A stretch of 60,271 nt of DNA, from contig JACPZB010000066.1 in NCBI GenBank assembly GCA_016195725.1, positions 1 through 60,271 on the forward strand, written 5' to 3'. This document shows, piece after piece, positions 9,876 to 21,210 of this stretch. The position numbers were made by a program, and so were the translations under genes. The notes under the pieces were generated by a model that did not search any database, was not told the origin of the DNA, and worked only from the letters and a program-made list of their open reading frames with translations. Every line of letters begins with the position of its first letter. Positions within the stretch are counted from its first letter, which is position 1. The DNA is from Deltaproteobacteria bacterium (GTDB lineage: Bacteria > Desulfobacterota > GWC2-55-46 > UBA9637).

Positions 9876-11000
9876 ATGGGGCGGGGCATAAAATTATTTA
9901 AAATCTTAGGCATCCAGATTTCTCTGGACTATACCTGGTTTATTGTATTTGGCCTGGTAGCGTGGAGTCTTGCCCAGGGCTACTTTCCACTTACTCTTCC
10001 GGGATTAAGTATTATGAGCTATGTGCTCATCGGAATTACCTCTGCAATCCTGCTGTTTGCCTGCGTATTAATCCATGAGCTTTCCCATTCATACACATCT
10101 AACAAACTGGGACTAGACATAAAGGAGATAAAGCTTTTTATCTTTGGGGGTGTTGCTCAGCTAACAAAGGAGCCTGATGATCCGACAACCGAGTTAAAGA
10201 TTGCCGTCGCAGGGCCTGCTGCGAGCATTGCGCTTGCCGGGATATTTTGGATTCTGACACAGTTGGTAAAAACCTTTTACCTCTATCCGATTGCGGCTGC
10301 AATCTTTGAATATCTTACCACTATCAATATTGTCCTCGTCATCTTCAATATGATACCTGGTTTTCCCTTAGACGGCGGAAGGGTTTTAAGGGCCCTCTGG
10401 TGGAAAAAAACCGGAGATATTCATAAGGCAACCCGGGTCGCAAGCCTGGCTGGCAAAGGCTTTTCAATGCTCCTCATCCTTTTCGGTTTTATGCAGATAT
10501 TCTTCGGCAACTTTGTCGGCGGCCTATGGATGGTCTTTATCGGCATGTTTCTCCAGCAGGCAGCAGAAAGCAGTTACAGCCAGCTTTTAGTAAAGAAGGC
10601 CCTTGAACAAATAAAGATTGGTGATGCAATGACAAGAAATGTTGTTGTTGTGACAGAGGATTCTACCCTTGCGACTGTAGTTGAGAAATATTTTTTTGGC
10701 TACCACTTTGTCGGCTTCCCTGTTGCATCTGATGGGCGCATTGTTGGGATGATAACATTAAATAATGTACGGACTATCCCCAAGGAACTGTGGGCTACAA
10801 CCCTTGTAAGGGATGTACTGAATAGAATTACGCCTGATATCATCTTAAGCCCAGAAGATAATGCAATGGATGCCCTTTCAAGGATGATAAGCCTTGATGT
10901 CGGAAGGATTCTGATTATGGAGAACGGCAAACTCGTGGGCATAATCACCAGAAGGGATATCATGAAACTCATGGAATTCAAGGTAGACCTTGGTGTGTGA
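9876..11000 (+). CDS. M50 (site-2 protease family) zinc metalloprotease with C-terminal CBS pair
   Basis: HELSHS zinc motif in a TM segment and an FPLDGGRV motif. The C-terminal 130 aa look like tandem CBS domains. The ORF is open from 9837 (TTG), but the ATG at 9876 is preferred. Confidence 0.8.
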   Translation: MGRGIKLFKILGIQISLDYTWFIVFGLVAWSLAQGYFPLTLPGLSIMSYVLIGITSAILLFACVLIHELSHSYTSNKLGLDIKEIKLFIFGGVAQLTKEPDDPTTELKIAVAGPAASIALAGIFWILTQLVKTFYLYPIAAAIFEYLTTINIVLVIFNMIPGFPLDGGRVLRALWWKKTGDIHKATRVASLAGKGFSMLLILFGFMQIFFGNFVGGLWMVFIGMFLQQAAESSYSQLLVKKALEQIKIGDAMTRNVVVVTEDSTLATVVEKYFFGYHFVGFPVASDGRIVGMITLNNVRTIPKELWATTLVRDVLNRITPDIILSPEDNAMDALSRMISLDVGRILIMENGKLVGIITRRDIMKLMEFKVDLGV

Positions 11001-11128
11001 TAGGAATGAAACATTTATGAACCTTCGGTTCATAAAGGAGAACAGCTTCATATCCATTATCGGCAGCTATTATTTTTGGCTAAATTGGCGGCTTGAGAAG
11101 AAGAGAGAAGGTGAAATGCGGTATAAGG

Positions 11129-11875
11129 CTATCTATTTCTCTGATTCAGCATCTTCCGGTATTTTCGCGGTGAAACTCCATATTTTTCTTTAAATACCCG
11201 CTCAAAATGCACAATACTTCCATAGCCTACAAAATAAGCTATCTCTGTTATGTTTAAATCAGGGTTCTTTAAAAGTTCAGCGGCCCTTTTGATTCTCATG
11301 TGGTTTAAATAAGATGTAAACGTCTGTCCAAACCTCTTTTTAAAGGCTGAGCAAAATTTATTCCTGTTCATATTTGCCATTTCAGCAATTTTTTCAAGCG
11401 TTAACTCTTCAGTATACTTATCTTCTATGTATGCTGCTATGCCATCCATGACACATTCATCCCTGTTCTTTACTGCTTCGAATACCCTTTCTCTCCCTTT
11501 ATAACCGATATTAATCCCCTCTCCCAGTATCTCTGAAACCTTCTTCATAAGATGGCGAAGGTTGAACGGTTTTTTCACATAGTCTGTCACCCCGGTCCTG
11601 ATTGCCTTTATTGCCACTGCCTCGTCGCTATAGCCTGTCATCATTATTGCGGGAAGCAACGGCCTTTCTGTCCTGATTGTTTTTAATAACTCCAGTCCGT
11701 CGCTGTCAGGTAATTTATAATCAAGAAGCGCAAGATCTATATGATTCTTGAGTTGATTGACAGCCTCCGCATATGTTGATGCTGTCAATACCTTGCATTG
11801 CCCCTCGAGGGCGTCCTTAATTAAATCCCTGAGCACTATATCATCATCTACCAGAAGGATATTTTTCCTCTTCAT
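11129..11875 (-). CDS. Response regulator with AraC-type HTH output domain
   Basis: 248-aa ORF. It has a receiver domain (ILLVDDD, phospho-acceptor context LALLDYKLPDSDG, KPF) and a C-terminal AraC-like helix-turn-helix (IAYFVGYGSIVHFERVFKEKYGVSP). Confidence 0.85.
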   Translation of the reverse strand: MKRKNILLVDDDIVLRDLIKDALEGQCKVLTASTYAEAVNQLKNHIDLALLDYKLPDSDGLELLKTIRTERPLLPAIMMTGYSDEAVAIKAIRTGVTDYVKKPFNLRHLMKKVSEILGEGINIGYKGRERVFEAVKNRDECVMDGIAAYIEDKYTEELTLEKIAEMANMNRNKFCSAFKKRFGQTFTSYLNHMRIKRAAELLKNPDLNITEIAYFVGYGSIVHFERVFKEKYGVSPRKYRKMLNQRNR

Positions 11876-12092
11876 TTCGCTTATTCCCTGATTTTCCGGA
11901 GGCTATAGTTTTATCTGTCTCTATCCTTACATCTAAATAGTATTCTCAAATATTTATTGACATACATGTCTCTATATGAACCATTGAAGCATTATAACCC
12001 CGCTATAGGTCCGCTTCATTGAATGGTGAACTGATACCTGTTCTGGTTTTTTTACTGCTCATAGGCTGCAGTTCGCCGCTTATAGTCTAACC

Positions 12093-12722
12093 CTATATTT
12101 TAAAGATAATCCTAAAGAGTATTTGAAGAATCAGGAATACAGCGTCTTTTGTCAATGCAGCGCTCTCCTGTTTTCTATCTTCTGCATAGACTATATTCGC
12201 GTCTTGCTCGGGCCGCGCCTTGAGGACAGCTGCAAGGCGGCTGATTGTTTCCCATTTTGCCATTTGCCTGTCAACTGCAATGGCATTCTTAACACCTTCT
12301 GATCCTTCAGCTTCTTCAAGTCTGCTGCGCCGCTTACCCTTATTCTCGTCATACTTAGTCAGCTCTCCCCTATTCAACCATAAACCATTGCATTTTGGAC
12401 ACCTGTTTATCTTTGAGTCAGCAGGCAGATTAGGGTCCTTGAAATGCTCCAGAGACACAGTATTACATTTTGGACAAAGGCCGCTGCCCTGTTGCGAGGG
12501 GGGAGCGGCTAAAAGACTATTGATACCTATGGTATCAAGCCTCTTCGCCTCAGCATCCTTAAGATGATAAAGCTCCCAGCAATCGAACCATATCCCGCCG
12601 CATCTCTCGCACTGATCCAGAAGCAGCACCCTCCCGTAGTTTGCCCCTGCATAGACCTCTTTGAGACTGTTGCCGCATTCAGGGCACGCAATTTTTTTAT
12701 CAGGTTGTTCTGGCATAAGCAT
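12093..12722 (-). CDS. Zinc-ribbon (TFIIB-type zf) domain protein, two copies
   Basis: Two CPxCG...C..CGG(I/L)W(F/L) modules (CPECG..CERCGGIWFD; CPKCN..CPKCNGLWLN) and a C-terminal hydrophobic tail. Confidence 0.6.
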   Translation of the reverse strand: MLMPEQPDKKIACPECGNSLKEVYAGANYGRVLLLDQCERCGGIWFDCWELYHLKDAEAKRLDTIGINSLLAAPPSQQGSGLCPKCNTVSLEHFKDPNLPADSKINRCPKCNGLWLNRGELTKYDENKGKRRSRLEEAEGSEGVKNAIAVDRQMAKWETISRLAAVLKARPEQDANIVYAEDRKQESAALTKDAVFLILQILFRIIFKI

Positions 12723-13659
12723 AGGACATTTGTTTTAATCTTTCTATCCGCTTTTCTATTGGCGGATGAGTAGACATGATATCTGCAAAAAGACCTTCTT
12801 TGTCATCAATCTCTCTTTGCAGGGGATTGCTGATAAACAGATGCGCAGTGCCTTTATGCGCCGTCATTACAGGAGATGATGCCTTGCTTATCTTTTCCAG
12901 CGCGCTGGCAAGGCTGAGCGGATTTCTGGTAAATTCTGCTGAAGAGGCGTCTGCCAAATATTCCCTCTGCCGAGATACGGACATTGCGATGATTCTGGAA
13001 AAAAGCGGGGCAAAGAGCGCAAGCAAAACGATAAGAAGAAGGATTACAGGATTCTGCCCTTTATCCCTGGAATCTCGCCTTGGTCTCATGCCTCCGTATT
13101 TCCATGCCCTTAAAGCCCAGTCAGACAAGAGAACTATCGTCCCAACCAGCACTGTCACTACTGTCATTAAGAGGATATCCTGATTTTTTATATGGCCCAT
13201 CTCATGCGCTATAACTGCCTGAAGCTCCTCCCTGTTCATTGTCTCCAGAAGCCCTTCAGTGACGCCAACTATAGCATGGCGCGGGTCTCTGCCTGTTGCA
13301 AAGGCGTTCGGAGCAGGGTCGGGGATAATGTATATCTTTGGCATGGGAAGACCGCTTGCCAGGGCCATCTCTGTTACAATATTATGGAGTTTCTTGTGCA
13401 GGGGATTTTCAAACTCTAACGGCCGGGCATGAAGGGAGAAAACAACAACGTTATCGCCGTAGAAGTAGGCTACAAATCCATTGATGCTTGCCAATAAAAC
13501 AGCAATAATGGTGGCAATCGGAAGGCCAGCGGCCTTAATCGTCCTAAATGTGTAGCTGTCAATTGCATAACCAAGAATGCCGAGGATAATAAAAAAGGCT
13601 GCTATGAGAAGAATAGTCAGTCTGCGGTTTCGTCTTTGCTGGGAATAGATATCGGTCAT
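12700..13659 (-). CDS. M48-family (HtpX-like) membrane zinc protease
   Basis: 319-aa ORF with N-terminal TM helices, an HEMGHI zinc motif and a downstream EYLAD glutamate region. It sits next to lemA, a common pairing. Confidence 0.85.
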   Translation of the reverse strand: MTDIYSQQRRNRRLTILLIAAFFIILGILGYAIDSYTFRTIKAAGLPIATIIAVLLASINGFVAYFYGDNVVVFSLHARPLEFENPLHKKLHNIVTEMALASGLPMPKIYIIPDPAPNAFATGRDPRHAIVGVTEGLLETMNREELQAVIAHEMGHIKNQDILLMTVVTVLVGTIVLLSDWALRAWKYGGMRPRRDSRDKGQNPVILLLIVLLALFAPLFSRIIAMSVSRQREYLADASSAEFTRNPLSLASALEKISKASSPVMTAHKGTAHLFISNPLQREIDDKEGLFADIMSTHPPIEKRIERLKQMSYAYARTT

Positions 13660-13735
13660 AATTGCAGAGAGCGGGGAACAGTGACCATGGTCAGGAGAAC
13701 ATATCCCTCATCTCTGTCTTTTTGCATTTACGCCA

Positions 13736-14296
13736 TTATTTCTTCAAACTTAAATCAACCTGTGGCGTTTCTTTGGCGGCAGCTTCTGCCTGGAAGTATT
13801 CGCCCCGCTTAAAACCAAATAGCGCTGCAACAATATTAGAAGGAAATGCCTCCTGTTTTATATTGAATTGGGCGACTATGTCGTTATAGAACTGGCGGCT
13901 AAAGCCTATACGGTTTTCCGTGGATGTAAGCTCCTCCTGAAACTGGAGGATATTTTGATTGCTTTTTAAATCAGGATAGTTTTCTACAAGGGCAAACAAT
14001 TTACCGAGCGCCTGGGTAAGCATATTCTCCGCCTCTCCCTTTCCTGAAACAGTTGTGGCGCCAACTGCCCTGGCCCTTGCCTCAATAACCCTTGAAAGGG
14101 TATCTCTTTCAAACTCCATAGCGCCCTTTACTGTATTTAAGAGATTCGGAATAAGGTCGTGTCTCCTCTTAAGCTGCACATCAATCTGTTGCCATGCATT
14201 CTGCACTTGATTTTTCAATGTTACGAGGTTATTGTACATTACAACAACCCAAACAATAAGAAGCACCAAAACAGCTAAAACTACCCATCCAATCAT
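13736..14296 (-). CDS. lemA: LemA family protein
   Basis: 186-aa ORF with an N-terminal TM helix followed by YNNLVTLKNQVQNAWQQIDVQLKRRHDLIPNL, typical of LemA. Confidence 0.85.
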   Translation of the reverse strand: MIGWVVLAVLVLLIVWVVVMYNNLVTLKNQVQNAWQQIDVQLKRRHDLIPNLLNTVKGAMEFERDTLSRVIEARARAVGATTVSGKGEAENMLTQALGKLFALVENYPDLKSNQNILQFQEELTSTENRIGFSRQFYNDIVAQFNIKQEAFPSNIVAALFGFKRGEYFQAEAAAKETPQVDLSLKK

Positions 14297-14307
14297 ATAT
14301 TGACCTC

Positions 14308-14781
14308 CTATTTAAAAAAACCTTCTCTCTTATAAACTATTGGCTCTTCATCTTTCAGAACACCGCCGTCTAATACCTCGCCTATAAAAAGCGTATGGTC
14401 GCCTGCGTCATGGTGTGATACCACCTTGCAATCCAACCAGGCAATGGCGTCTTTTAGAATCGGCGAACCAGTAGCTTTTATATCATATGACACATCGCTG
14501 AATTTATCTACCTTGCTCCCTGTTGTGAGACCGAAGTGCTTTCCCGTAGAAATTGCATCTCTGCCTAAGATATTTATAGCAAATACACCGCCGTCTTGTA
14601 TAAGGTCGTGAGAATACCTCATCTTCCCTATGGCTACAGTAACAAGAGGCGGAACAAACGACGCCCTCGCTACCCAGGCCGCTGTCATGGCATTTACCTT
14701 TTTGCCATGCTTTGTGCTTATAACATATACGCCGTGGGTTATCCTGTGTAATGCCTCAGAGATTTCCTTTTTTACTGCCAT
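14308..14781 (-). CDS. Flavin reductase-like (FMN-binding split barrel) protein
   Basis: 157-aa ORF. GVYVIST..G..NAMTAAWV and a DHTLFIGEV motif are typical of the flavin reductase domain. Confidence 0.75.
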   Translation of the reverse strand: MAVKKEISEALHRITHGVYVISTKHGKKVNAMTAAWVARASFVPPLVTVAIGKMRYSHDLIQDGGVFAINILGRDAISTGKHFGLTTGSKVDKFSDVSYDIKATGSPILKDAIAWLDCKVVSHHDAGDHTLFIGEVLDGGVLKDEEPIVYKREGFFK

Positions 14782-14857
14782 ACAATTGGAGGCAGGATGC
14801 GGGGAGCGGGAAGCAGGAAAATCCCCCCCCTATAACCTACCTCCTATTCTCCGCTTC

Positions 14858-15361
14858 CTATTTCGAATGCCTGTCTGCCACCTTACTTGCCCCATAGGCG
14901 TTTGGTTTTGTAACGGCTGCATAACCTGAACCGGTAACCATGCCAACCACTTCTCTTACAATCTCTTTCGTATCGCCGTTGTCGCCAACATCAAGATGAA
15001 TCTCAACAGGCAGTTTTGCAAAACCATTTTCCGACAGCTTATTCTTTAAAATAGCCGCCATTTCAAGACTGAGGGATGTTTCATAAAAGATCCTCTGCCG
15101 CAGATTTTCAAGCTTCCTGTGTCTGATTTTTTTGTAAAAATAACGGCCGCCATGACCTATCCTATGGATGATGATGGCGCTTATGAAGATGGTCTCTGCC
15201 GCCAGAAAAGAGTCGGTTCCGACAATGATGCTGTATCTATAGCTTGTATCTTCCTCTATATACTCTACAAGTTTACTAAATACATCTTCAAAAGAAAGAT
15301 TTCCGAAGGTAGGGCTGAAGAATTCCTTTTTTTGATGTTTGACAGGTTGCTCGGACTCCAT
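14858..15361 (-). CDS. DUF458/YkuK-like RNase H-fold protein (tentative)
   Basis: 167-aa ORF. The IVGTDS ... HLDVG pattern resembles the YkuK family. Assigned by eye only. Confidence 0.45.
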   Translation of the reverse strand: MESEQPVKHQKKEFFSPTFGNLSFEDVFSKLVEYIEEDTSYRYSIIVGTDSFLAAETIFISAIIIHRIGHGGRYFYKKIRHRKLENLRQRIFYETSLSLEMAAILKNKLSENGFAKLPVEIHLDVGDNGDTKEIVREVVGMVTGSGYAAVTKPNAYGASKVADRHSK

Positions 15362-15530
15362 GTTGCCAAATTCTACAATAATTGAATGGAAAAAGGAAGA
15401 AAAAATAGCTTCAACTTTATTGTTTGGCCATTGACAAATCTGTGGCTTGCCACAGGCAAGCCATTGGCCTTTGCCAAGGACAGCTTTGTCAATGGTTGAC
15501 TAATGTAAACTACTCCTATAGAATTAGCAG

Positions 15531-16292
15531 ATGATTTCTCAAGGCATTAGAACCTTTTTCTGGAAGGTCTATATTTTCAAAGATACCATCTTAAAGAAAA
15601 GGCTTTATACTGAACTGCACAATATAGCAAAATCCCTGGAAGAGGATATATTTTTAAAACTGCAGAAACACGGGATCACAGGGCTATCCATTGAGATAAC
15701 TGAACCAGCGATAAAGATTGATCCCTTAGGACAGACTATCTTGATTTCCAAAGATGCGGCAGACTTTTTCAAAGGGCTTAACATTTCAAAGATGGAAATG
15801 GATGCCTTTCTTGAATCTAATCAGATTATGGATATATGGAGGGATGTTTACGCAATGGAAACAACATCTCCCATGCTGCTTGGCGGGTATAAGGCATACT
15901 GCGCCATAACCAGATTTACGCCTGAATCAGGGCTTTTATCCATGAGATATAACTATTGCGAGTTGGATTATTCAAAGGCTGTACGGGGCATTAAGGAAAA
16001 AAGCACGATTAAGGACCACAGGGTATTTTTTCGGAAGGCCCCGCGATATGGTTTGATAAGCGGCCTCCTCGTTATAATACTGGGGCTGATATATCCACAT
16101 CTGCCGAAACAATTATCCATAGCATTGTCTATCATAATAGGCCTTGGAACAGGCATTCTTGTATTTCTCTCATTGCAGATATTGGGGTCTCTGGAGTATG
16201 ACAAGGAATATCTTGAAAAAAGACTGAAAACCTCTCCTCTGCCCATCCCCCCACAGGTGGAGGAGGAGAAATTATTACAGGAGAAAAAATGA
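15531..16292 (+). CDS. Hypothetical protein with two C-terminal TM helices
   Basis: 253-aa ORF whose stop overlaps the MATE gene start (ATGA at 16289). No recognisable motif. Confidence 0.5.
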   Translation: MISQGIRTFFWKVYIFKDTILKKRLYTELHNIAKSLEEDIFLKLQKHGITGLSIEITEPAIKIDPLGQTILISKDAADFFKGLNISKMEMDAFLESNQIMDIWRDVYAMETTSPMLLGGYKAYCAITRFTPESGLLSMRYNYCELDYSKAVRGIKEKSTIKDHRVFFRKAPRYGLISGLLVIILGLIYPHLPKQLSIALSIIIGLGTGILVFLSLQILGSLEYDKEYLEKRLKTSPLPIPPQVEEEKLLQEKK

Positions 16293-17632
16293 GGGGTATA
16301 CTCTCACCCCCTTTATACGGAAATATTCTTAAACTTGCCTCTCCTGTATTTTTTGGCACGCTCTCTCAGACCATATTTTATGCGGTTGACACAGCCATGC
16401 TGGGCAGAGTCGGAGTGGAGGCCCTTGCAGCGGCAGGCCTCGGATGGTTTGTCGTATGGCTGTTTGGAAGCAGTCTCATGGCCGTAGAGGTTGGCACTCA
16501 GAGCCTTGTTGCACGGCGGTTTGGAGAAGGAGATTGGGAGGCATGCAGCGGGTTTCTTGATAATACGCTTGCCTTTGCCATACTGTCTGGTTTTTTATTT
16601 GCCATTGGCGGCTCTCTGCTTGCCCCTCATATATTCCCCTATCTGTCTGACAATATAAAAATCGTTGAATACGGGATTGATTATCTTAAATACAGCTTTT
16701 TATCTCTATTCTTTTTTCTTATAATAACCGCATTCCGGAGCTTTTTTGACGGTCTTGGCCAAACACACCAATTCATGAAGATTGCTATTGCAATGAACAT
16801 TGCGAACATTATATTCGACTATATTCTTATCTTTGGAAAATTCGGCTTCCCAAGACTTGAGGTAAAGGGCGCCGCCATTGCATCGCTTCTTTCGTCCATG
16901 ATAGGCGCCGGCTACTGCTTTTATCTCAGCCTGACGAATAGATTTATCAGAAGGTTTAGATATCTCAGCATCTTCTCTCTTAATCTTTCTACTTTAAATA
17001 CCATCCTCAAACTTGCCTTACCAGCCATGGTCAGGGTGTTTTTTATAATGTCGGGCCTTACCGTCTTTCTCTGGATAGTGGGACGGATAGGCGCTATAGA
17101 ACTTGCGGTGAGCAATATACTCATGACCCTCTCCACCCTTACATTTCTTGCCGGTTATGGATTTGCCATTGCAGCCGCCACCATAGTAAGCCAGCAACTC
17201 GGCAAAGAAGATGCAGAAACAGCAGAGGTGTATGTATGGAAGTCCCTTTGGTTGGGAATGATGGGCATGGGGCTTTTAGGGCTTATATTCATCCTGTTTC
17301 CCAAAATTATTTTTGAGATATTTACTGATCAGAATACCGTCATAGATAAAGGGAGGAATATATTAATACTCTTTGGAATAATACAGTTCTTCGATGCCAT
17401 AAGCCTTATCCTTTCCCACGCCCTCCAAGGCGCAGGTTATACATGGTGGGTTATGAAGATAGAAATAGTCGCTGTAGTGTTTTTGTTTTTGCCTGCAGCG
17501 TATTTGTTAGGTTTGACATTCAGCTTCGGTCTTTACGGGGCGTGGGTGAGCATGCTTGCCTACAGCTTTACCTTCGGGGCAGCTATGCTGTGGAAATTCA
17601 AAGCTGGAAAATGGAAAGAGATTGAAATATAA
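16289..17632 (+). CDS. MATE family efflux transporter
   Basis: 447-aa ORF with about 12 TM helices and an N-terminal LASPVFFGTLSQTIFYAVDTAMLGRVG signature. Confidence 0.85.
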   Translation: MRGILSPPLYGNILKLASPVFFGTLSQTIFYAVDTAMLGRVGVEALAAAGLGWFVVWLFGSSLMAVEVGTQSLVARRFGEGDWEACSGFLDNTLAFAILSGFLFAIGGSLLAPHIFPYLSDNIKIVEYGIDYLKYSFLSLFFFLIITAFRSFFDGLGQTHQFMKIAIAMNIANIIFDYILIFGKFGFPRLEVKGAAIASLLSSMIGAGYCFYLSLTNRFIRRFRYLSIFSLNLSTLNTILKLALPAMVRVFFIMSGLTVFLWIVGRIGAIELAVSNILMTLSTLTFLAGYGFAIAAATIVSQQLGKEDAETAEVYVWKSLWLGMMGMGLLGLIFILFPKIIFEIFTDQNTVIDKGRNILILFGIIQFFDAISLILSHALQGAGYTWWVMKIEIVAVVFLFLPAAYLLGLTFSFGLYGAWVSMLAYSFTFGAAMLWKFKAGKWKEIEI

Positions 17633-17731
17633 ATACAGCCTACAAGTCGCCAGGCTGCAAGTTTAAAGGTCTTAAAAACTTGTAGGCCATTAGACTTGCA
17701 GGCTTTTAGACTATATTATAGGAGATTTTGT

Positions 17732-18232
17732 ATGGAAATTGTTATAACCAGGGGAAGCCTTTTGGAGGCTGATGCAGATGTAATTGTAAATGCAGCAAAC
17801 AGCCTTGGCGTTATGGGCGGCGGCGTGGCAGAGGCTATTAAAAAGACTGGCGGCGATATAGTGGAAGAAGAGGCAAAAACCCTTGCCCCTATAGCTGTTG
17901 GCAAGGCTGTGCTGACAACTGCAGGCAATCTAAAATTTAAAGGCGTTATCCATGCCCCTACCATGGAGATACCCGGCATCCGCATCCCATTAGTGAGCAT
18001 TGGCAAGGCGACAAAGGCAGTCCTAAAACTGGCAGATGAAAAAGGTTTTTCTATCATAGCATTCCCAGGCATGGGTACGGGTATAGGGGGTGTAAGAAAA
18101 GAGGCTTCAGCCCATGCAATGATTGAGGCTATACAAGATTTTAAAGCCCAGAATCTAAAAAAGATTATACTGATTGATGTAGATGAAGATATGGTGGATG
18201 CATGGAGAAGGGCAATGGCAGATAAAAAATAG
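17732..18232 (+). CDS. Macro domain (ADP-ribose binding/hydrolase) protein
   Basis: IVNAANSLGVMGGGVA and FPGMGTGIGG motifs. The ATG at 17732 follows GGAG, and the ORF is open from 17696. Confidence 0.8.
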   Translation: MEIVITRGSLLEADADVIVNAANSLGVMGGGVAEAIKKTGGDIVEEEAKTLAPIAVGKAVLTTAGNLKFKGVIHAPTMEIPGIRIPLVSIGKATKAVLKLADEKGFSIIAFPGMGTGIGGVRKEASAHAMIEAIQDFKAQNLKKIILIDVDEDMVDAWRRAMADKK

Positions 18233-18234
18233 AG

Positions 18235-19026
18235 ATGAAAATAATCGCCCTCATAAAACAGGTGTCTGATACAGCAATCTCTTTAAAGATAAATGCAGAC
18301 GCTACTGATATTGAATATCAGAATATACCGTGGGTTATAAATCCATACGATGAATATGCCGTAGAGGAGGCATTGCGCATAAAGGAAAAGCATGGCGGCA
18401 GTGTAACAGTAATTTCTATTGGGCCTGATAGAATTGTAGATATTCTGAGAAGCTCCCTTGCAATGGACGCTGATGAGGGAGTTCATGTAAAGGATAGTGT
18501 CTTTGACGGCTCCGATGCATATTCAACAGGGCTTATTCTAAGCAAGGCTGTCAGCATTTCAGGCTATGACATTATCCTTTGCGGCAGGCAGGCTGTGGAT
18601 GACGGCTGGGGTCAGGTTGGATCTGCCTTAGCAGAGATATTGAATATCCCTTCTGTCTCTTCAATCCTTAAGCTTGAAATATCAGAAGATAAAAAGACTG
18701 CAGTAGCAGCAAGAGAGATTGATGAAGGCCTTGAGATAGTTGAGGTTCCTTTGCCAGCTCTCTTTACAATCCAGCAGGGCATTAACAAACCACGATATGC
18801 ATCACTCCCGGGTATCATGAAGGCAAAGAAAAAGAAAATAAAGGTATTTGACGCAGGCGCATTGGGTATTTCTCCACATGAAGTTGGAAGAAACGCCTCA
18901 CGCATACATATAAAAAAACTATCCTATCCGCCTGAAAGGAAAAAGGGAAAGGTTCTGCGAGGCGATTCGAAGGCTATGGCTAAAGAACTGGCAAATCTTT
19001 TAAAAAATGAGGCAAAGGTTATTTGA
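18235..19026 (+). CDS. etfB: Electron transfer flavoprotein beta subunit
   Basis: 263-aa ORF with KQVSD..., INPYDEYAVEEALRIKE and ILCGRQAVDDGWGQVG, followed by etfA with a 4-nt overlap. Confidence 0.9.
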   Translation: MKIIALIKQVSDTAISLKINADATDIEYQNIPWVINPYDEYAVEEALRIKEKHGGSVTVISIGPDRIVDILRSSLAMDADEGVHVKDSVFDGSDAYSTGLILSKAVSISGYDIILCGRQAVDDGWGQVGSALAEILNIPSVSSILKLEISEDKKTAVAAREIDEGLEIVEVPLPALFTIQQGINKPRYASLPGIMKAKKKKIKVFDAGALGISPHEVGRNASRIHIKKLSYPPERKKGKVLRGDSKAMAKELANLLKNEAKVI

Positions 19027-19988
19027 TGAATGTCTGGATAATCGCCGAACACAAGGCAGACATTATAACTGACGGCACATTAGAGGCCATTGGCACAGGC
19101 CGGCTTATCTCAAATAAATTAAATGCAAAATTGTTTATTGTTGTTTTAGGCTATGAGTTATTTGTGTTATCCAAAAACCTCTCAAATGCCGGCGCAGACA
19201 ATGTTTATCTATTAGAAACTCCGCTTCTATCACAATACACGTCTGATGCGTATATCGGCAGCCTTTTTCCCTTAATCAAGCAGCATCAGCCATCAGTCAT
19301 ACTCATCCCATCAACCTGCAATGGCAGAGACTTGGCCCCAAAACTTGCAGCAAAGCTCAAGACAGCCTATGCATCTGATGCAAGTAAAATAGATATTGAC
19401 AGAGAAATCTTCTTTACCAGGCCTGCATACGGAGGGAGGCTTTTATCCACTGTTACCTGCCGCGGTGAAAAACCGTGGATTATAACACTCAGACCAAGGG
19501 CTTTTGGAAAATTCGCCGGCGCTTCAAAAATTGCAAAAATAGAAAAACATGCTATAGATATATCTTCCTCATCCATAAGGACAATGATAAAAGGATTTGA
19601 ACGGACACAAAAGGGCGTTGGTTTAACAGAGGCGGATATTATCATCTCCGGCGGCAGGGGCATGAAGAAGGCTGAAAATTTTAAAATGTTAGAGGAACTG
19701 GCAAAAATTTTGGGCGGGGTTGTAGGCGCATCAGGGGCTGCCGTGGATGCGGGATGGATGCCGCATTCAGCGCAGGTTGGACAGACCGGAAAGGTTGTGT
19801 CGCCAAAACTTTACATTGCCTGCGGCATATCAGGCGCGCCCCAGCACCTGGCAGGCATGTCAACATCCAAATGTATCGTTGCCATAAACAAAGACCCGGA
19901 TGCGCCAATATTTAAAGTGGCTGACTATGGAATAGCAGGCGATTTGTTTGAAGTTTTGCCGATATTGATTGAGGAGCTGAAAAGGTGA
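19023..19988 (+). CDS. etfA: Electron transfer flavoprotein alpha subunit
   Basis: 321-aa ORF with the FAD-binding C-terminal half ([45 protein letters not shown]). Confidence 0.9.
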   Translation: MMNVWIIAEHKADIITDGTLEAIGTGRLISNKLNAKLFIVVLGYELFVLSKNLSNAGADNVYLLETPLLSQYTSDAYIGSLFPLIKQHQPSVILIPSTCNGRDLAPKLAAKLKTAYASDASKIDIDREIFFTRPAYGGRLLSTVTCRGEKPWIITLRPRAFGKFAGASKIAKIEKHAIDISSSSIRTMIKGFERTQKGVGLTEADIIISGGRGMKKAENFKMLEELAKILGGVVGASGAAVDAGWMPHSAQVGQTGKVVSPKLYIACGISGAPQHLAGMSTSKCIVAINKDPDAPIFKVADYGIAGDLFEVLPILIEELKR

Positions 19989-20031
19989 TATAGATACCTG
20001 CAACATTGTGTGGAGGACAGGCGGATAAAAC

Positions 20032-20985
20032 ATGAAACGAATATTAGTTACCGGCGCCACCGGACAGATAGGGTCTGAACTAATCCCGGCTTTGCGGAAG
20101 AGATATGGATCTGAGAACGTTATTGCCGCAGGACATAAAACCCAGCCTGACAAAGAGTTGAGCGAAGGCGGGCCATTTTTATCCCTTGATGTAAGGAATT
20201 TTGCTGCTGTTGAAAAAATCGTAAAGGAGCATCGCATTGATACCATCTATCATATGGCAGCGCTTCTCTCAGCCTTTGCTGAAAAAGACCCTCTTCTTGC
20301 TTGGGATGTAAACATAAACGGGCTAAGGAACATACTTGAGACCGGCAGAAAATTTCAATGCTCTGTATTCTTTCCAAGCTCCATCGGCGCATTCGGCCCG
20401 TCCACCCCTGCCGATGATACGCCGCAGGATACTATCCAGCGGCCTACAACTATATACGGAATAACGAAATTAACAGGCGAACTCCTTTGCGATTATTATT
20501 TTCACAGATTCGGCATTGATGCGAGAGGCCTTCGGTTTCCCGGCCTCATCTCATATAAAACCATGCCCAGCGGCGGCACTACTGATTATGCAGTTGAAAT
20601 CTTTTACGCTGCTGTCAGAGGAAAAAGATATGAATGCTTCCTGAAGCAGGGGACCCGTCTTGATATGATGTATATGCCGGATGCCGTAAGAGCGGCAATC
20701 CAATTGATGGAGGCTGACCCGGCAAAACTCATCCATAGAAACGCCTTTAATGTTACAGCCATGAGCCTTGCCCCAGAAGATTTATATAGAGAGATAAAAA
20801 AGCATATCCCTGAATTCACGATGACCTATAAGATAGACCCTATGAGGCAGGCCATTGCAGATTCATGGCCGCACAGTATGGATGACAGCGCAGCGCGCAA
20901 AGAATGGGGTTGGAAACCTGAATACGATTTGGCCGCAATGACGCAGGAGATGATAGAAAGGCTTTCTGAAAGGTTTGAACAATAA
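20032..20985 (+). CDS. tdh: Extended-SDR NAD-dependent epimerase/dehydratase family protein, probably L-threonine 3-dehydrogenase
   Basis: 317-aa ORF with a GATGQIGSEL Rossmann motif and a YGITK catalytic motif. Its overall look and the kbl gene 4 kb downstream suggest the SDR-type TDH. Confidence 0.6.
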   Translation: MKRILVTGATGQIGSELIPALRKRYGSENVIAAGHKTQPDKELSEGGPFLSLDVRNFAAVEKIVKEHRIDTIYHMAALLSAFAEKDPLLAWDVNINGLRNILETGRKFQCSVFFPSSIGAFGPSTPADDTPQDTIQRPTTIYGITKLTGELLCDYYFHRFGIDARGLRFPGLISYKTMPSGGTTDYAVEIFYAAVRGKRYECFLKQGTRLDMMYMPDAVRAAIQLMEADPAKLIHRNAFNVTAMSLAPEDLYREIKKHIPEFTMTYKIDPMRQAIADSWPHSMDDSAARKEWGWKPEYDLAAMTQEMIERLSERFEQ

Positions 20986-21210
20986 CACGACGAAGACTTT
21001 TTCAACACGCCTAATGTTTATATATTTCCAGTTTTTTACTTTATATAAATCCATGATCGTGATAGTATTTCCTATACTAAAAGGATATGTAAGAGGTGGC
21101 AACAGCTATTCCTATTTATTCATCTTATTGAAATGAAAGGTTGGTTTCTGTATTAAAATGATATTCTCTAACTTATTCTCTAACTCTGATAAATGTTAAC
21201 AGGAGGACAC